Shown: positions 39,970 to 52,994 of the stretch, in pieces
Layout of the letters: each line of letters begins with the position of its first letter
Position numbering within the stretch: position 1 is the stretch's first letter
NCBI RefSeq assembly: GCF_006345805.1
Contig: NC_043000.1
Location: forward strand, 147,188,001 to 147,252,000
Length of the DNA stretch: 64,000 bases
Reading direction: 5' to 3'
From: Octopus sinensis
Taxonomy: Eukaryota
Notes under the pieces: generated by a model
Told to the model about the DNA's origin: nothing
Databases searched by the model: none
What the model saw: the letters and a program-made list of their open reading frames with translations, nothing else
Program-made: the position numbers and the translations under genes

Positions 39970-41001
39970 CTAGCAGAGATACCCGGCCTTGCTCGGGATT
40001 AAAATGGCATAGCTTTTTATTGTTTTACTTGTTTCAGTTATGTGACTGCGGCCATGCTGGAGCACCGCCTACTAAATATTCTATCAGTTCTTTGCCGAAC
40101 CGCTAGGTTATAGGTATGTAGACACAACAACATGGGTTGTAAAACAATGATTGGGGTACACACACGCACGCACACATACGCACAGGCACGCGCGCGTCAC
40201 ACAAACTAATATACACATATATGCGACAGTGTTTTTTCAGTTTCCGTGTATGAAATCCATTCACAAGGCTTTGGTGGGCCAGAGGCTATAATGTGTCTGA
40301 ATATATATATATATATATATATAAGAAAGAAGAGAGGTGGGGGTTGACGTGCAGGTGTACTTGTAAACATTAACTGATTTGGCTGGTATTTCTAGCACGT
40401 CCTACTACCACTGAACAGGTATTTGCTAATAGTTGTAACGTCGCAGCAGCGCGTGCTACACTAACCCTTACCAGTGTGCGCAGTAAAAAATCTGGTTAAA
40501 AACAATCAAGAATTTGCAAACGTTATTGTAGGACCCTTCGTATTATTAATAATATCTGATACAAGTTACCGCCCCTTGTATCGTCCGACATCGTTTATAT
40601 TTGAGAGTGCCCCTTTTCCATGTACTATTTTTTAGTATAAATATTTAAAATCAGATATATCTTCGTAACTTTTTGCATACTTCATTTATTTTGGATATAT
40701 TTCCCATTTTCATAATTTTTTTAGAAATTAGGCGTCATTTTCTTGGAGAGGTGCGCTTCTAAAGAAGCACTGAAAATCGTACTCGTTCCGTTGCATGGTC
40801 GTAGTGGTGGGTTCAAATCCTAGTCGAACTGAGAGTAGTCTATTTATGTTGGGGGCGCGTAATTTCGAGGTAAAAATTATAAGAAAACGCGTCCTCAGTC
40901 AAAGAGAGCACACATGTCATATTTGGTGAAATTCGGTTGAAAATTGTAGGAGTAGAAGTGGTTCACACAACACACAGACAACTTGCCTTTTAATATATAA
41001 G
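39970..41001 (-). mobile_element. Non-autonomous Helitron interrupted by a family B SINE fragment
   Basis: Minus-strand 5' end TCTTATATATTAAAAG at 41001. The 3' end has hairpin CCCGAGCAAGGCCGGG followed by TATCTCTGCTAG|T at 39970. The SINE B fragment lies at about 40022-40290. Joining the two ends into one element is inferred. Confidence 0.6.
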
Positions 41002-41287
41002 ATGCAGAACCTTAACAGAATTCTTCCACTCTTTTTATCGAAGTTTGAAGTACATATCCACTTTCCTCGGCACTGTCACCTCTCTCTCTCACCTCTTTCC
41101 TTCGGCCACAATGCATTAAACGACAAAAGACCACAGTAACCAGCACCAACACAGAATCATTCTTTATACATCAACAACTCGAAGCAGCTGTGCTTATTGT
41201 AACGGTAAATAAAAGCCAATTTAACAATTAGTTACTTCTTATCAGTTATATCAATTATCTCTGCATCTATAACACAGCATCTATTTT

Positions 41288-41459
<172 letters not shown>

Positions 41460-41508
41460 AACTTACTTGGAAAAGGATGCGTGGCGTTCGATCATATAAT
41501 TTATATAA

Positions 41509-41940
41509 ATAATCTATATCTATAAAACAGTCCTTGGACGAAAATTGTATGCACATTTTGCTTTGACGGTTAATGACGGCCAAACCGAGACTAGGATTGA
41601 GCTGAAAATTGGCAGGGATACTAAATGCGTGGTGAGGATGAGACCCGCGATGGTTAAAGATGTGGTTACTATGGCAAAAAGAGTGATTTTTTTATCGATT
41701 CATGGTTTGTGCGATTGGCTTTTAATGCCCAGCGGCATGCACTGCAGGCTGTTGTGCTTAGTAAACACATTTTGTCGCGAAATTCCGGCTATTAGGAAAC
41801 GATTTTTCATTGTGAAAAAATGAGTGTTTTTTGCCCTCATTTTCTTTATAATCTTTTTATAAAAGTGAAAGGATTTCGTCTATTTATTTCTGCTGTCCAC
41901 TTACGACGGTGATTCAGTTGAGTAGGAAACTTATACGTGA
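41509..41940 (+). mobile_element. Possible Helitron-like non-autonomous 5' portion
   Basis: A|TCTATATCTATAAAA start and internal GGATTGAGCTGAAAATTGG. No 3' CTAG end was found. Confidence 0.35.
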
Positions 41941-43519
41941 TGACTATCCAATACCAAACTATCTTAATCTACATATTGAAACTGCATTGAACTTTGGTAA
42001 GATTACCATTACCTACTCTGAGTTACTTGAAAGGTGATGTTCCATTCCCTCTCTTCTGATTGTTGATACCTTTTTTGTTTTACTTTTGATACCGTTGTTT
42101 CACTTTAAGGATGCTTCTTTACCCAGCCATTATTATGATATTTCGACTACTGTCTATTGTTTCAAATAGGTTTTAGCATTGTCATTCTAGCTTTTTTTAA
42201 ACACTCACATATGATTCGTCCCAAAGAATCAACCTTTAAATAAGAGTTTTGCTTCCACTAGTGAAAGCTATACGTATCTTTCAAAAAGCTCCATACCAAT
42301 TTAACTTTATACAGCATTCGCTATGTTGGAAGGGGCATTTGTTAGCTTTTCTCTTCGAAAAAAATAGCTCCCTTTGCTGTTGAAAAAAATAAACTCGCAG
42401 AGGGGAAGTTTCAACATCTTTCAATTTCCTTACACCATTTATGTGGCTGTTTCTGACAAAAATTTCGCTTTCATGTAAAACCACTATATCTTGTAGTCAT
42501 TATCCATAATCTACTCCCAAAACACTTCAGTAGCTCTACCTTACATCGCTTGCAAACTTATATGTTCTATGATAATCAAAGTGCAACGACCTCCACAATA
42601 ACCATCCTTCAATTTGATTTTCCGTTCCCAGGTTAATCGTAAACAGAGTGCCATGCTACACATAAACCTTCTCGGTAGTTCAATTATTTGCTGAAAAAAA
42701 AATACCACGAAAGCAACTTAAACCGTCCAAAGGACGGGTACGTTTACTAGTATATAAATATATGCATCTATAAATACATATATATACATACCTACATATA
42801 TATGTATACATACACATGCATATATAGGTACAGGACATAAAAAAAAACGTTGAACACAATGAGAAACGAAAACATAAAAACAGAAACATAGAAACGAACT
42901 TTTTTCGAACAACGAAAAAAACGAACAGAGAAACGAGACATACAACAAAAAGAATATTCCCCTTCTTCAGTTGTCCCTGTTTCATCTATTCCACGTTACG
43001 AAGGCAAGGACAAGACGCGACTTCGTTGAAACAGCCCTTCCCGCAAAGCATTTTAAATAAAATTTGGGATTTTTTGCTGAGGGTGAAATTGGTAACAAGA
43101 AAAGGACAGTGAGAACAAAACAGTAAAAACAGGCGGTGGGGGCTGTTAAGCCGAGACGATAGAAAAAATAATTCTGAACGCGAGTACGACGAGCTTATGA
43201 AATAGACAGTATAAGCACGTCCTTTCTTTTCGAAGGTTGTGGGCAGAAAGACACGTGACGAAAGATAATATACCCCTATCTGCTACCACAAAAAAAAGGC
43301 TGACTGGCAGCAGCTGGAATACCTTTGGTGATAGTTCTGCAACGTAGTTTGCTGACCTGCGCTGAAAAGTAACAACAATATGAGGGAGTCTAATTGGTTG
43401 CTTAACCTGTTAGAAACAGCAGTCACATTCATAGTCACATCTTATTACCTTCAAACGAGGAAGGATACATTAAATAATTCTTTCTACAATCAATACACGA
43501 CAAAGAAAGTTCAAGAGAG

Positions 43520-43685
43520 AGGCTGGTCAATAACATTGACCACAGTGCTCAACTAGTACTTATTTTATCGATGCTAAAACAAATGCAAGGCAAAGTCGGT
43601 CTGGGCAAAATTTGAACTCAAAACCGGAGGAAATGCCGCTAAGTATTTGTCTGGTTGCTAATAATTCTCCAAGCTCGCCACCTTA
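43520..43685 (-). mobile_element. Old family C SINE
   Basis: GCAAGGCAAAGTCGGTC...AATTTGAACTC...GCTCGCCACCTT. Confidence 0.65.
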
Positions 43686-44246
43686 AGGGCCCAGTAAAGT
43701 AATCTTGGATATACTATGTCTGGAGGAAAGGATAATTGAATCACAGCTGGAACGACTTAATCATAAACGTACTGGTTTAGGGTCGACCCGAAGCTAAACT
43801 ACTACTACTACTTATTAGATGCTATCCAATTCTTCCTTTTGCCATTTTAGTACGTGGATCGAGTAATTCAGAATGGCATCACTATTTTTTCTTCTTTTTT
43901 TTTTTTCAATTTCTGAAGTATTATTTTCTCTACATCATTAAATGTACAATTTTACATATTTGCTTAGTAAGTTTTACGATCATCGACAAACTCAGTAAAT
44001 GCTTCGCCGATGAAGCCATAAAACCGAAATATGTCTGGAGTTGTTTCCCATTGATGCTAGAAAGTGAAGATAACATTGATTTGAGGGGGGTTTCGCTCTG
44101 CATATATACTTCAAGTTAGCTTTTCAACATTACGTATATTAAACATAATTTAATACTTTAACATCTACCTACCTTAATTTTTCGATCGGATGATGTCACT
44201 GCTTTATTTAATCTCTGATACAAATATATATATATATATATATATA

Positions 44247-44787
44247 TGCGTCTCTTCTTTGTTCCTCAAACTTGCTGACTGCGATGAAGATCGTGTGGCG
44301 CCAGACATCACAGTCCGCAGCCAGGTCTGACCAGCATTGGTGGTTAATATGACATGCTGTTAGAGACTTCTTGAGGCAGCCTCTGTATCGCTTCCTCGGA
44401 GTTCCTCTCACTCGGTGGCCGGTGGAGAGTTCGCCAAACAGGGAAATGTTTGGAAGGCGATGGTTCTCCATTCAGGAGACATGCCCTCCCCATCGGAAGT
44501 GGTACTTCAGTAGCGTGGCTTCAATGCTGGGGATCTCGGCCCGCTCCAAGACTTCAATGTTTGTGACGAAGTCACTCCAGTGAATGTTGAGGAACAAAGA
44601 AGAGACGCACTTAAAGACAAGAGACGCCGGAGGAAGGCGCAAGCCGCCTCTGACACCACACTGGATGTTACCTTCGTCTGTGGACACTGCTCACGGACCT
44701 GCCTTTCCCATATCGGACTTGTCAGTCATGAGCGTGCATGCACGCAACGTGGACAGCCTTCCTGATCTTCGTTCGCGAAGCCGAGCC
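44247..44787. mobile_element. RTE-clade LINE 3' end with 5' inversion
   Basis: 44247-44585 (-) reads IHWSDFVTNIEVLERAEIPSIE...RWGGHV.RMENHRLP...FGELSTG.R.RG.PRKRY. 44586-44787 (+) continues the C-terminus EEQRRDALKDKRRRRK...FVCGHCSRTCLSHIGLVSHERAC and the 3' UTR. Confidence 0.92.
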
Positions 44788-45465
44788 ATATATATATGAC
44801 TCGTACCTTGGCTTCCATCGCTGTCATATATATATGACTCGTACCTTGGCTTCCATCGCTGTCATATATATATGACTCGTACCTTGGCTTCCATCGCTGT
44901 CATATATATGACTCGTACCTTGGCTTCCATCGCTGTCATATATATATGACTCGTACCTTGGCTTCCATCGCTGTCATATATATATGACTCGTACCTTGGC
45001 GTCCATCGCTGTCATATATATATGACTCGTACCTTGGCTTCCATCGCTGTCATATATATATGACTCGTACCTTGGCTTCCATCGCTGTCATATATATATG
45101 ACTCGTACCTTGGCTTCCATCGCTGTCATATATATGACTCGTACCTTGGCTTCCATCGCTGTCATATATATATGACTCGTACCTTGGCTTCCATCGCTGT
45201 CATATATATGACTCGTACCTTGGCTTCCATCGCTGTCATATATATATGACTCGTACCTTGGCTTCCATCGCTGTCATATATATGACTCGTACCTTGGCTT
45301 CCATCGCTGTCATATATATATGACTCGTACCTTGGCTTCCATCGCTGTCATATATATATATGACTCGTACCTTGGCTTCCATCGCTGTCATATATATATG
45401 ACTCGTACCTTGGCTTCCATCGTTGTCATATATATATGACTCGTACCTTGGCTTCCATCGCTGTC
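44788..45465. repeat. 18-unit array of a 28-bp core separated by (AT)4-6
   Basis: GACTCGTACCTTGGCTTCCATCGCTGTC was counted 18 times between 44798 and 45465, with single substitutions in units 6 and 17. Confidence 0.97.
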
Positions 45466-45710
45466 TCAGCACAGAATTCTAACTAGTTGTGTATAGCTGT
45501 TACAAAAGAACGCCTAGTCTTATGATGTAGCAGTTGCTACTGGTAGCATTAGTGTTATTTCTGACCATATCATACGTTGTTGATGCTGTTGTTTTTAATG
45601 AATAGTCTCGTCACTGCTTTCTTCATTGTTTATGATAGCGTTGTTTCAATTGCGTCGTTGCAGCTGTTGTCGTCATTGTCTTCGCCGCTGCTGTGGATGT
45701 CGTCGTTGTT

Positions 45711-45745
<35 letters not shown>

Positions 45746-45834
45746 AAATTAGGCATTTGTTATCGTTATTGTTCTGACTTTTTCCTTCCTAGTTCTCCGA
45801 AAGCCGAGACAAGCTACTACCGTTGTATCCGGAG

Positions 45835-45905
45835 CTTCGCACTGTTACTTCCGCAGCCATATTGAACTATGCTTTTGCCGGCATTATTGGCAGTGACGTC
45901 TATTT
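45835..45905 (-). promoter_or_regulatory. Possible promoter/first-exon region (ETS-, YY1- and CRE-like motifs)
   Basis: ACTTCCG (45847-53), GCCATATTG (45856-64) and TGACGTC (45894-900) are clustered in a CpG-containing patch. This is motif evidence only. Confidence 0.25.
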
Positions 45906-46292
45906 ATAATTTATTCTAGGTGGGGAAGTTATCCATTAAAATATCACCTTCTTTCATATTTTAGCAGTAAAACAAAGCAAAATCCAACTAACGTCAGATG
46001 CCAACCAAATACTGTTCTGCATTCCTTGATTTATTCGATATCTTGTTTCATTGGTGGATTTCAAAGTTGTAAAAATTATAAGAATAAATTTAATTATGGC
46101 TATTTTTTTTATTTACTCTCATTAGGAAAAGCGATACTCATTAGGAAAAACGATTTGAAGACATCTGAGGTTTTTGTTGTCATGTACACCTAGATCCACC
46201 CAAATTGATCAGATCAACGGCACGTCAGTAGGTCGAACAGCTAGATTCCATAGACAGTTCCATTATTCCAGATATATAATATAACATCATTC

Positions 46293-46456
46293 CAGGAGTG
46301 GCTGTGTGGTAAGTTGCTTGCTTACTAACCTCATGGTTCTGAGTTCAGTCCCACTGCGTGGTACCTTGGGCAAGTGTCTTCTACTATAGCCTCGGGCTGA
46401 CCAAAGCCTTGTGAATGGATTTGGTAGGCGGAAACTGAAAGAAGCCGCCTGTCATA

Positions 46457-46532
<76 letters not shown>

Positions 46533-46752
46533 GTGTGTGTGGATGTGTGTCTGTATTTGTCCCCCCAACATCGCTGACAACCGATGCTGGTGTGTTTACG
46601 TACCCGTAACTTAGCGGTTAGGCAAAAAGGGACCGATAGAATAAGTACTAGGCTCACAAAGAATAAGTTCTGGGGGTCTATTTGTCGACTGAAGGCAGTG
46701 CTCCAGCATGGCCGCAGTCAAATGACTGAAACAAGTAAAAGAGTAAAAGAGT
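46293..46752 (+). mobile_element. Full-length SINE family B
   Basis: CAGGAGTGGCTGTGTGGTAAG...CTTGGGCAAGTGTCTT...(TA)n(TG)n...CCAGCATGGCCGCAGTC...AAAAGAGTAAAAGAGT. Confidence 0.92.
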
Positions 46753-49441
46753 TCATACCATGTCTTTGCTTAGTTCAGAACTATATTCTATAACCTGATT
46801 TTCAAGGATTAATCAGTTGAGATGCAGATGAACAGGTTTCACATATTGTACTATACAAATCTCTCGCGTACATTGTGGTAGTGGCCATAGAGAAGGTGGC
46901 CCGAGGGTGATAATTGCTATGTTCACGTACATATTGTTGGTGATATTTATTCATCTCATGCGGCGTTTAGATATATTAATGTTTTTGTTTTGTAATGTTT
47001 TGTTTTTTGAGCGATTAGGAGAGATAATGGCTTTAGAATAGCGTTGTGTGTTGTCAGTTGTTATTGGTGTTTGTTTCTTTCGGTTGATTCTACTTATGAT
47101 TTATTGTGGAAACTGGGTGACCAGGCAAAATAAGCGTAGTCCATAAGGGATATATTTTTTGTGCATTATTGTTGCTTCTTTGTATTCGCCAAATCCGGTT
47201 TCTACATTAGGTCTATATTTGCATGTTTTCTTTTCTTTTCTTTATATGTTACGCATCTTGTGAATATTGTAAAGGTGTAGAGAGACGATAACTTTGTCAT
47301 GAGGTATTATTCCAGACATCATCGGTGGCTTTGCTGGTTTTAAAAGCAACAATATTATTGTCTTCGAAGTTCTCCAATGCTAGAGGCAACTAATATGTGA
47401 CTTAACAGGGATATATCCTTTCTATTTCTGGCTCTACAGAAACTATTTGTAGTTACCGAGAAATTAAGGGGATCCTGGATAAAGAAGGTTATTACTAGCA
47501 AATGTTTTCATAACTTTACAGAAATGTAAGTAAGACTGACAACTGCTTCGCAGAGTTCAGAGAAATCCCTTTTTCTTAACGATGTCATATTTCCACACAT
47601 TGGCATATATTTTCATAGAATGAGAAGGTGTGATGAGTTTAGTACGAGTAGGAAGCGAACTGGTTGTTGATGGGCTACATTTATGGCAGAAGTTTTCATC
47701 CTCGATGACTGTCTACTCGTAGTTATGAGGCAGCTAGAATCGAAAAAATAAGTTTGGGGGAAATTTCGTTGCATAGAGAGAAACTGGAAGTGAAGTAGAT
47801 ATAAATGAGGTAGCTTTGACTGCAGGACTACTGCTAAGAGAGGTATCTTTAATGAATGCCTTCTAGTTGGTAGTAGTGGAGATATTTTTCAAGTATTGTA
47901 GGCAATATTTACCCATAAATTTCAGTGCAGATGTATATGAACCAGGAGAAAGTGTGGTACTTGTGAACTTTGCTGTGTGAGGTACGTGAAATTACATAAT
48001 ATGGTTGAGGATTTCAGTCACCCATTCGCTTATTTGTTTCAGACGGATTAGTGGTGAAGGATTCGATTCCACTTTTAGTCGGTGTAAAATTGACGGATCT
48101 CGGATCGGTTTAATGTATTAAATAATTCAGGGATGTATAGATTGTTGAATGGTAAAGAGATGTGGATTAATGGCTTTAACTAGAAATAGTTAGACGAATC
48201 TATAAGGGCAGATACCGGTCGCAAAATGAAAGTTGGCGTTAGAGATAAGAAAGGTATTATAGATGTTTGGAGAATTGGTAAACTAGTCAGAGGAACAGCG
48301 ATGTGATGAGATAGATAGCGAGAGAATATATATAAAAGGAAAACCTAATTGGCAAGTTATACTCAATAGACAGAAACATTGGAAATCAAAGACACTGAAA
48401 AGCTACATATATTATAAAAACACAGAGATGGCCCTTCATGGAAGAGTTATTTTAGAAACATCGAAGAAAACCAGCTTGTATTCTTGGTTTACCCAAGAAA
48501 ATATATTTCTTATTTATTAATAGCTTGTATGTATGTATGTATGTATGTATGTATGTATGTATGTATGTATGTATGTATGTATGTATGTATGTGTGTGTGA
48601 TTCTCTACGTCGGAGGATACAAAACTGGGCTAGTCTGTGATAAGTAGTTTGGTGTTCTGAAATCAAATAATACTTCATCTTTCATCTCTCCATGCTCGAT
48701 AAATAAGATGCAGTAATATTCTGGTATGAAATCAACAATGTACTTCTTTGCTTTGATAAGTCTTTATGCAAGACAAAGAAAATATTTTCAACTTACGAGT
48801 GACTTTATGCCATAACAATATAGAAATAAATTTTCTATGGCACTTTACCGTTTTTTTTTTGTTTGTTTCGTTTTTTTTTTTTTTGTTTTTTTTCTATGGT
48901 TATATAATAAAAGTATGAATTTCCGACTCGCTAGGCTACCGAACTACTATCTGAAAAATTCATGTTTGATATTTTGTCACCGTTACTGCTTTGTGACTAA
49001 CGCTCAAAGGCCCAGTCCACCTAGCTGTAAATATGTAACATAGGGTAGAAACAACTCAGTGCTATAAGCAGTGAAAGCATCTTAATATTGATATTTTATT
49101 CGCAACCTTACACACTGGCGTTCAACTTTTTTCCGTGGGTATATCTCGGAGATACACCACGTCCCGTCTGTCTTGTCCCAGACACGAAGAACTTAAATTA
49201 TTCATTAAAGTCGTTTGATCATCCTTGATAAAGCATTTTTGTATCTATTTCTCACGAATCAACGACAGAGCCTGTACAAAGTTGCTCAACCTGCTAGAAA
49301 TAGCAGCTAAATCTCCCACAAAATGTACCCTGCCGTGTTAGATAAAAAAAAGGATGCATTGGGTAACGTAAAAGTACATACCGAGGTTAACCTAGAGATA
49401 TACTACATTCTTTAAATACTAACTGTTATACTTCAGATTAA

Positions 49442-49941
49442 TGGAGGCGCGTGGCTTTGTGGTTAGTGTGTTGAACTCATGATCGTAAGGTTGCGGTTTC
49501 GATACCTGGACCGGGCGATGCGTTGTGTTCTTGAGCAAAATACTTCATTTTCACGTTGCACCAGTCCATTCAGCTGGCAAAAATGAGTAATCCTGCGACG
49601 GACCGGTGTCCCGTTCAGGTGGGGAATTTCTACGCCACTGAAACCGGGAAACCGGCCCTTATGAGCCTGTCATGGCTTGAGAAGGAACATTTAAGTGGAG
49701 TCGCGTGGCTTAGTGGTTAGAGTGTCAGCATCATGATCGTAAGATTGTGGTTTCGATTCCTGGACCGAGCGACGCGTTGTGTTCTTGAGCAAAACACTTC
49801 ATTTCACATTACTCCTGTCCACTCAGCTGGCAAAAATGAGTAACGCTGCGATGGACTGGCTTCCCGTCCAGCTGAGGAACACAGACGCCGTGGAAACCGG
49901 GAAACCGGGCCCATGAGCCTGGCATGGCTTTAAAAGGGCGC

Positions 49942-49945
<4 letters not shown>
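49442..49945 (+). mobile_element. Two head-to-tail family A (tail type 2) SINEs
   Basis: Copies lie at about 49442-49689 and 49696-49945, and the second ends in (ATT)n. Confidence 0.9.
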
Positions 49946-49975
<30 letters not shown>

Positions 49976-50045
49976 TATACTTCAGCCTGGACATAAGCTC
50001 ACGAACTAACTCCACTTTTATCACCGTCTCACTTGTAACACATAA

Positions 50046-50748
50046 TCTCTATATATATAGAGAGAGAGCTGAAGTTGTCTGTGTATGGCAGGTTTGGTAG
50101 CCTTCAACTAACACTATCTTCTCCGAGACCCTGCGGCGCAAGTTGACCAAAATTGGGAGCATGATAGAAGGTTTGCTCTTCCTTCCGTAGAAGAAAAAAT
50201 TCAAATCGGACCATGTTAACACCAAAAATTATTTACATCACAAAGGTGCTTTTTTCTATGAAAATCCCTATTTTTTACGATTTTTTTACTGCTGTGTCGC
50301 CATTTTTCGGTGTATTTCAACCATAAAAATGTTCATTTAAAGAGAATAACAAGCTACATAATGCAAAATTTTTACTTTACAAAAATTTCAATTCTAAAGG
50401 GTCGAAACAAACCCGAGCAACGCCGGGTGATACTGCTAGTCTTCTTTATATATAAAATTGAAGTTGTGTATGTGAGACTCTGTCTCCCCCGATTTAGATT
50501 CCTAACTACTCCCACATTTTGCGGTGCAGTTTAACCAAAAGCGGGTATCTTATAGTCGTCATTCATATCGAGCCCTTCTGGGTATTAGCGCTTGTCTACG
50601 ATGAGTCTACGATTTAAAAAAAAATTACCATCATTTTTCCGCATTTTTAATGATTTTTGCTCGGGTTATATAAGGAAAGTAACTCTCTAAAAATGCTTAT
50701 ATAGTTATTTCCCTCACAAATCCGAGCAACGCCGGGTGATACTGCTAG
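50046..50748 (+). mobile_element. Two tandem non-autonomous Helitrons
   Basis: 50046-50439 starts A|TCTCTATATATAT and 50440-50748 starts TCTTCTTTATATATAAAA. Both end in CCGAGCAACGCCGGGTGATACTGCTAG|T. Confidence 0.88.
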
Positions 50749-50789
50749 TTTATAATAAAATAAGATGTCATTTCACAGTACTGTGCCTA

Positions 50790-50985
50790 ACAACGGCGGA
50801 ATCATAGAATCGTTAGTGTCGATCAAAGTGCCTTGTAGTATCTCTTCCGGTTCCTAATATTCTGATTTCAAATGCCGCCATGATCGAATTTGCCTTTTAC
50901 CTCTCGGGACAAAAGTACCAGTCTAATTGTGATGTAATCGATTAACCCGTTCCCTCAAAATTGCTGATCTTGTGCCTAGGTTAGG
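50790..50985 (+). mobile_element. Old family C SINE
   Basis: CATAGAATCGTTAG...TTTCAAATGCCGCC...TTTGCCTTTTACCT...AAGTACCAGT...GATGTAATCGA. Confidence 0.6.
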
Positions 50986-51059
50986 AATAAACAATAATAC
51001 CGCGTCTTATTTGTTATGGTGATAACATGGTGTGCAAATAAAGATACTCTACAGTTGTT

Positions 51060-51570
51060 GTTGTTGTTGTTGTTTTCTTTTTCTTCTTCTTCCAATCAGG
51101 ACTCACGCCATTAGCCATAAAGAATAATCTCTAATTCGAGCCTACTCTAAGCTACTAAGAATGCGTGTGACTTGAAGATCCACCCGCCACACGCGAATAA
51201 AATGGCCGTTGCACGGGTGCGAAAACTATGTTGTTATCCTCATTCCGTAAACGGTGGCTTTTTAACGGGTGGAGAGCTGAACCATCCTGGGGTACATTAG
51301 ATTCGCAATCTAGACTAGGGCCTGAAAGTTTACCACACCATAGATGGGTTACACCATGGTTCCTCTGCTTTGTGGCAGAAGTAGGAATAAAGAGAGAGAG
51401 AAAGTTGTAGTGGAAGAGTACAGCGGGGTTCACCACCACATCCCCGGCGGAGTCTGGTGGAGCTTTGGTGCTTTTACTCAATAAACACTCACAATGCCCG
51501 GTCTGGGAATCGAAACCGCGTTCTTATGACCGCGAGTTCGCTGCCTTAACCACTGGGCCGTTGCACCTCT
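51060..51570 (-). mobile_element. SINE family D head with a different tail (type 2) ending in (AAG/AAC)n
   Basis: The head and body match 38922 up to the CT-rich tract, then about 330 bp of unrelated tail follows. Confidence 0.8.
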
Positions 51571-51684
51571 ACTTGTTGTTGTTGTTGTTGCTTCTGCTGC
51601 TGCTGTTGTTGCTGCTGCTGTTATTGTTGCTTTGTAACCCCAGCTCAATCGTGATCAAAGTCATGCTATTTGCGACCATCTCTT

Positions 51685-52072
51685 TACTCTTTTACTTGTT
51701 TCAGCCATGTGACTGTGGCCATGCTGGAACACCACCTTCAGTCGATCAAATCGACCCCAGGACTTATTCTTTGTAAGCCTAGTACTTATTTTATCGGTCT
51801 CTTTTTGCCGAACCGCTAAGTAACGGGGACGTATACACACCAGCATCGGTTGTCAAGCGATGATGGGGGGCCAAACACAGACACACATACACATATATAT
51901 ACATATATACGACGGGCTTCTTTCACTTTCCGTCTACCAAATCCACTCACAAGGCATTGGTCGGCCCGAGGCTATAGTAGAAGACACTTACCGAAGGTGC
52001 CACGCAGTGGGACTGAACCCGGAACCATGTGGTTCGTAAGCAAGCTACTTACCACACAGCCACTCCTGCGCC
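51685..52072 (-). mobile_element. Full-length SINE family B
   Basis: Collinear with 35711-36118. Confidence 0.92.
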
Positions 52073-52994
52073 TCGTATTTTTATTTATATCTAAGACTGC
52101 ATTATACAATAAGACTGTAGGATATGATTCGAGAGAGATTAGATGCTATTTCTAGCAGGTTCAGCAATCAGGTAGAATCTCACATGGCACTGGAGTGGTT
52201 TCTTGTAATATTCTCTGAAGAATAAGATTCCTAAAGGAGAAATGAAATGAAATGAAATGAAGAATTGGTGACGGGAAATAAAACGAATTGAGTCTAACCA
52301 GAAACCGAAAACGGTTGTCTGTTGCAGCTTGAAGTATCGGAAATAACATTCTAATCTATAACTTTCACCTAAATACTATTTGGAGAAAATTGAATTGTAA
52401 CAGTATTAGTGCAAAACCAAAGAATAAACAAAAAACGAAAAGTAAGAAGGAAAGAAAAAATACAGAGAGTGCTTGAATTTCCTAACCTTTTGACCTTAAG
52501 CAAAAAAATAAGTACCAACAATATTTTTCAAACGCTGCATCTTGGGCAAAAGATTAATAAAATTATGACCCGTGGTGAAAACTTTTAGACAAAAGTGTTA
52601 TAACTTGCTAACCTATATTAGGAGAAATACTATTCTTTTTGCTAAGATTAGCCATGTTGAAAATATTGTTGTTGCTAGTAGTTACAAACAGAAAGAAAAT
52701 AAATATTGCCACAGTGAAATACATTTCAACGTACAATTCAAATGGCAAAGTACATCTGAATAGAAAAAGCATATATACATACATACGTACGTGAGCGTGT
52801 GTACGTGTGTGGATGCATATATATATATATACCCAGCGGCACATGTACGCACACAAATATACATATATACATACACATGGAACGTGCGTACACCCAAACA
52901 CATGAGCGTAGATGCACACATATTCACACACGTATACATACATACAAATAGAAAATATTTATTGCTAGAAATTTATTCAATACGTTTATATATA

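Noticed and set aside
42940-43050. GAAAC...CTGAAGAAGGGG on minus as a hammerhead or pLTR
   Set aside because: The core halves are in an order that would need type II/III stems I could not form. It is left unassigned.
44788-45465. CRISPR-like appearance (28-bp repeat x18)
   Set aside because: The spacers are only (AT)4-6 rather than unique sequences, the context is eukaryotic and there are no cas genes.
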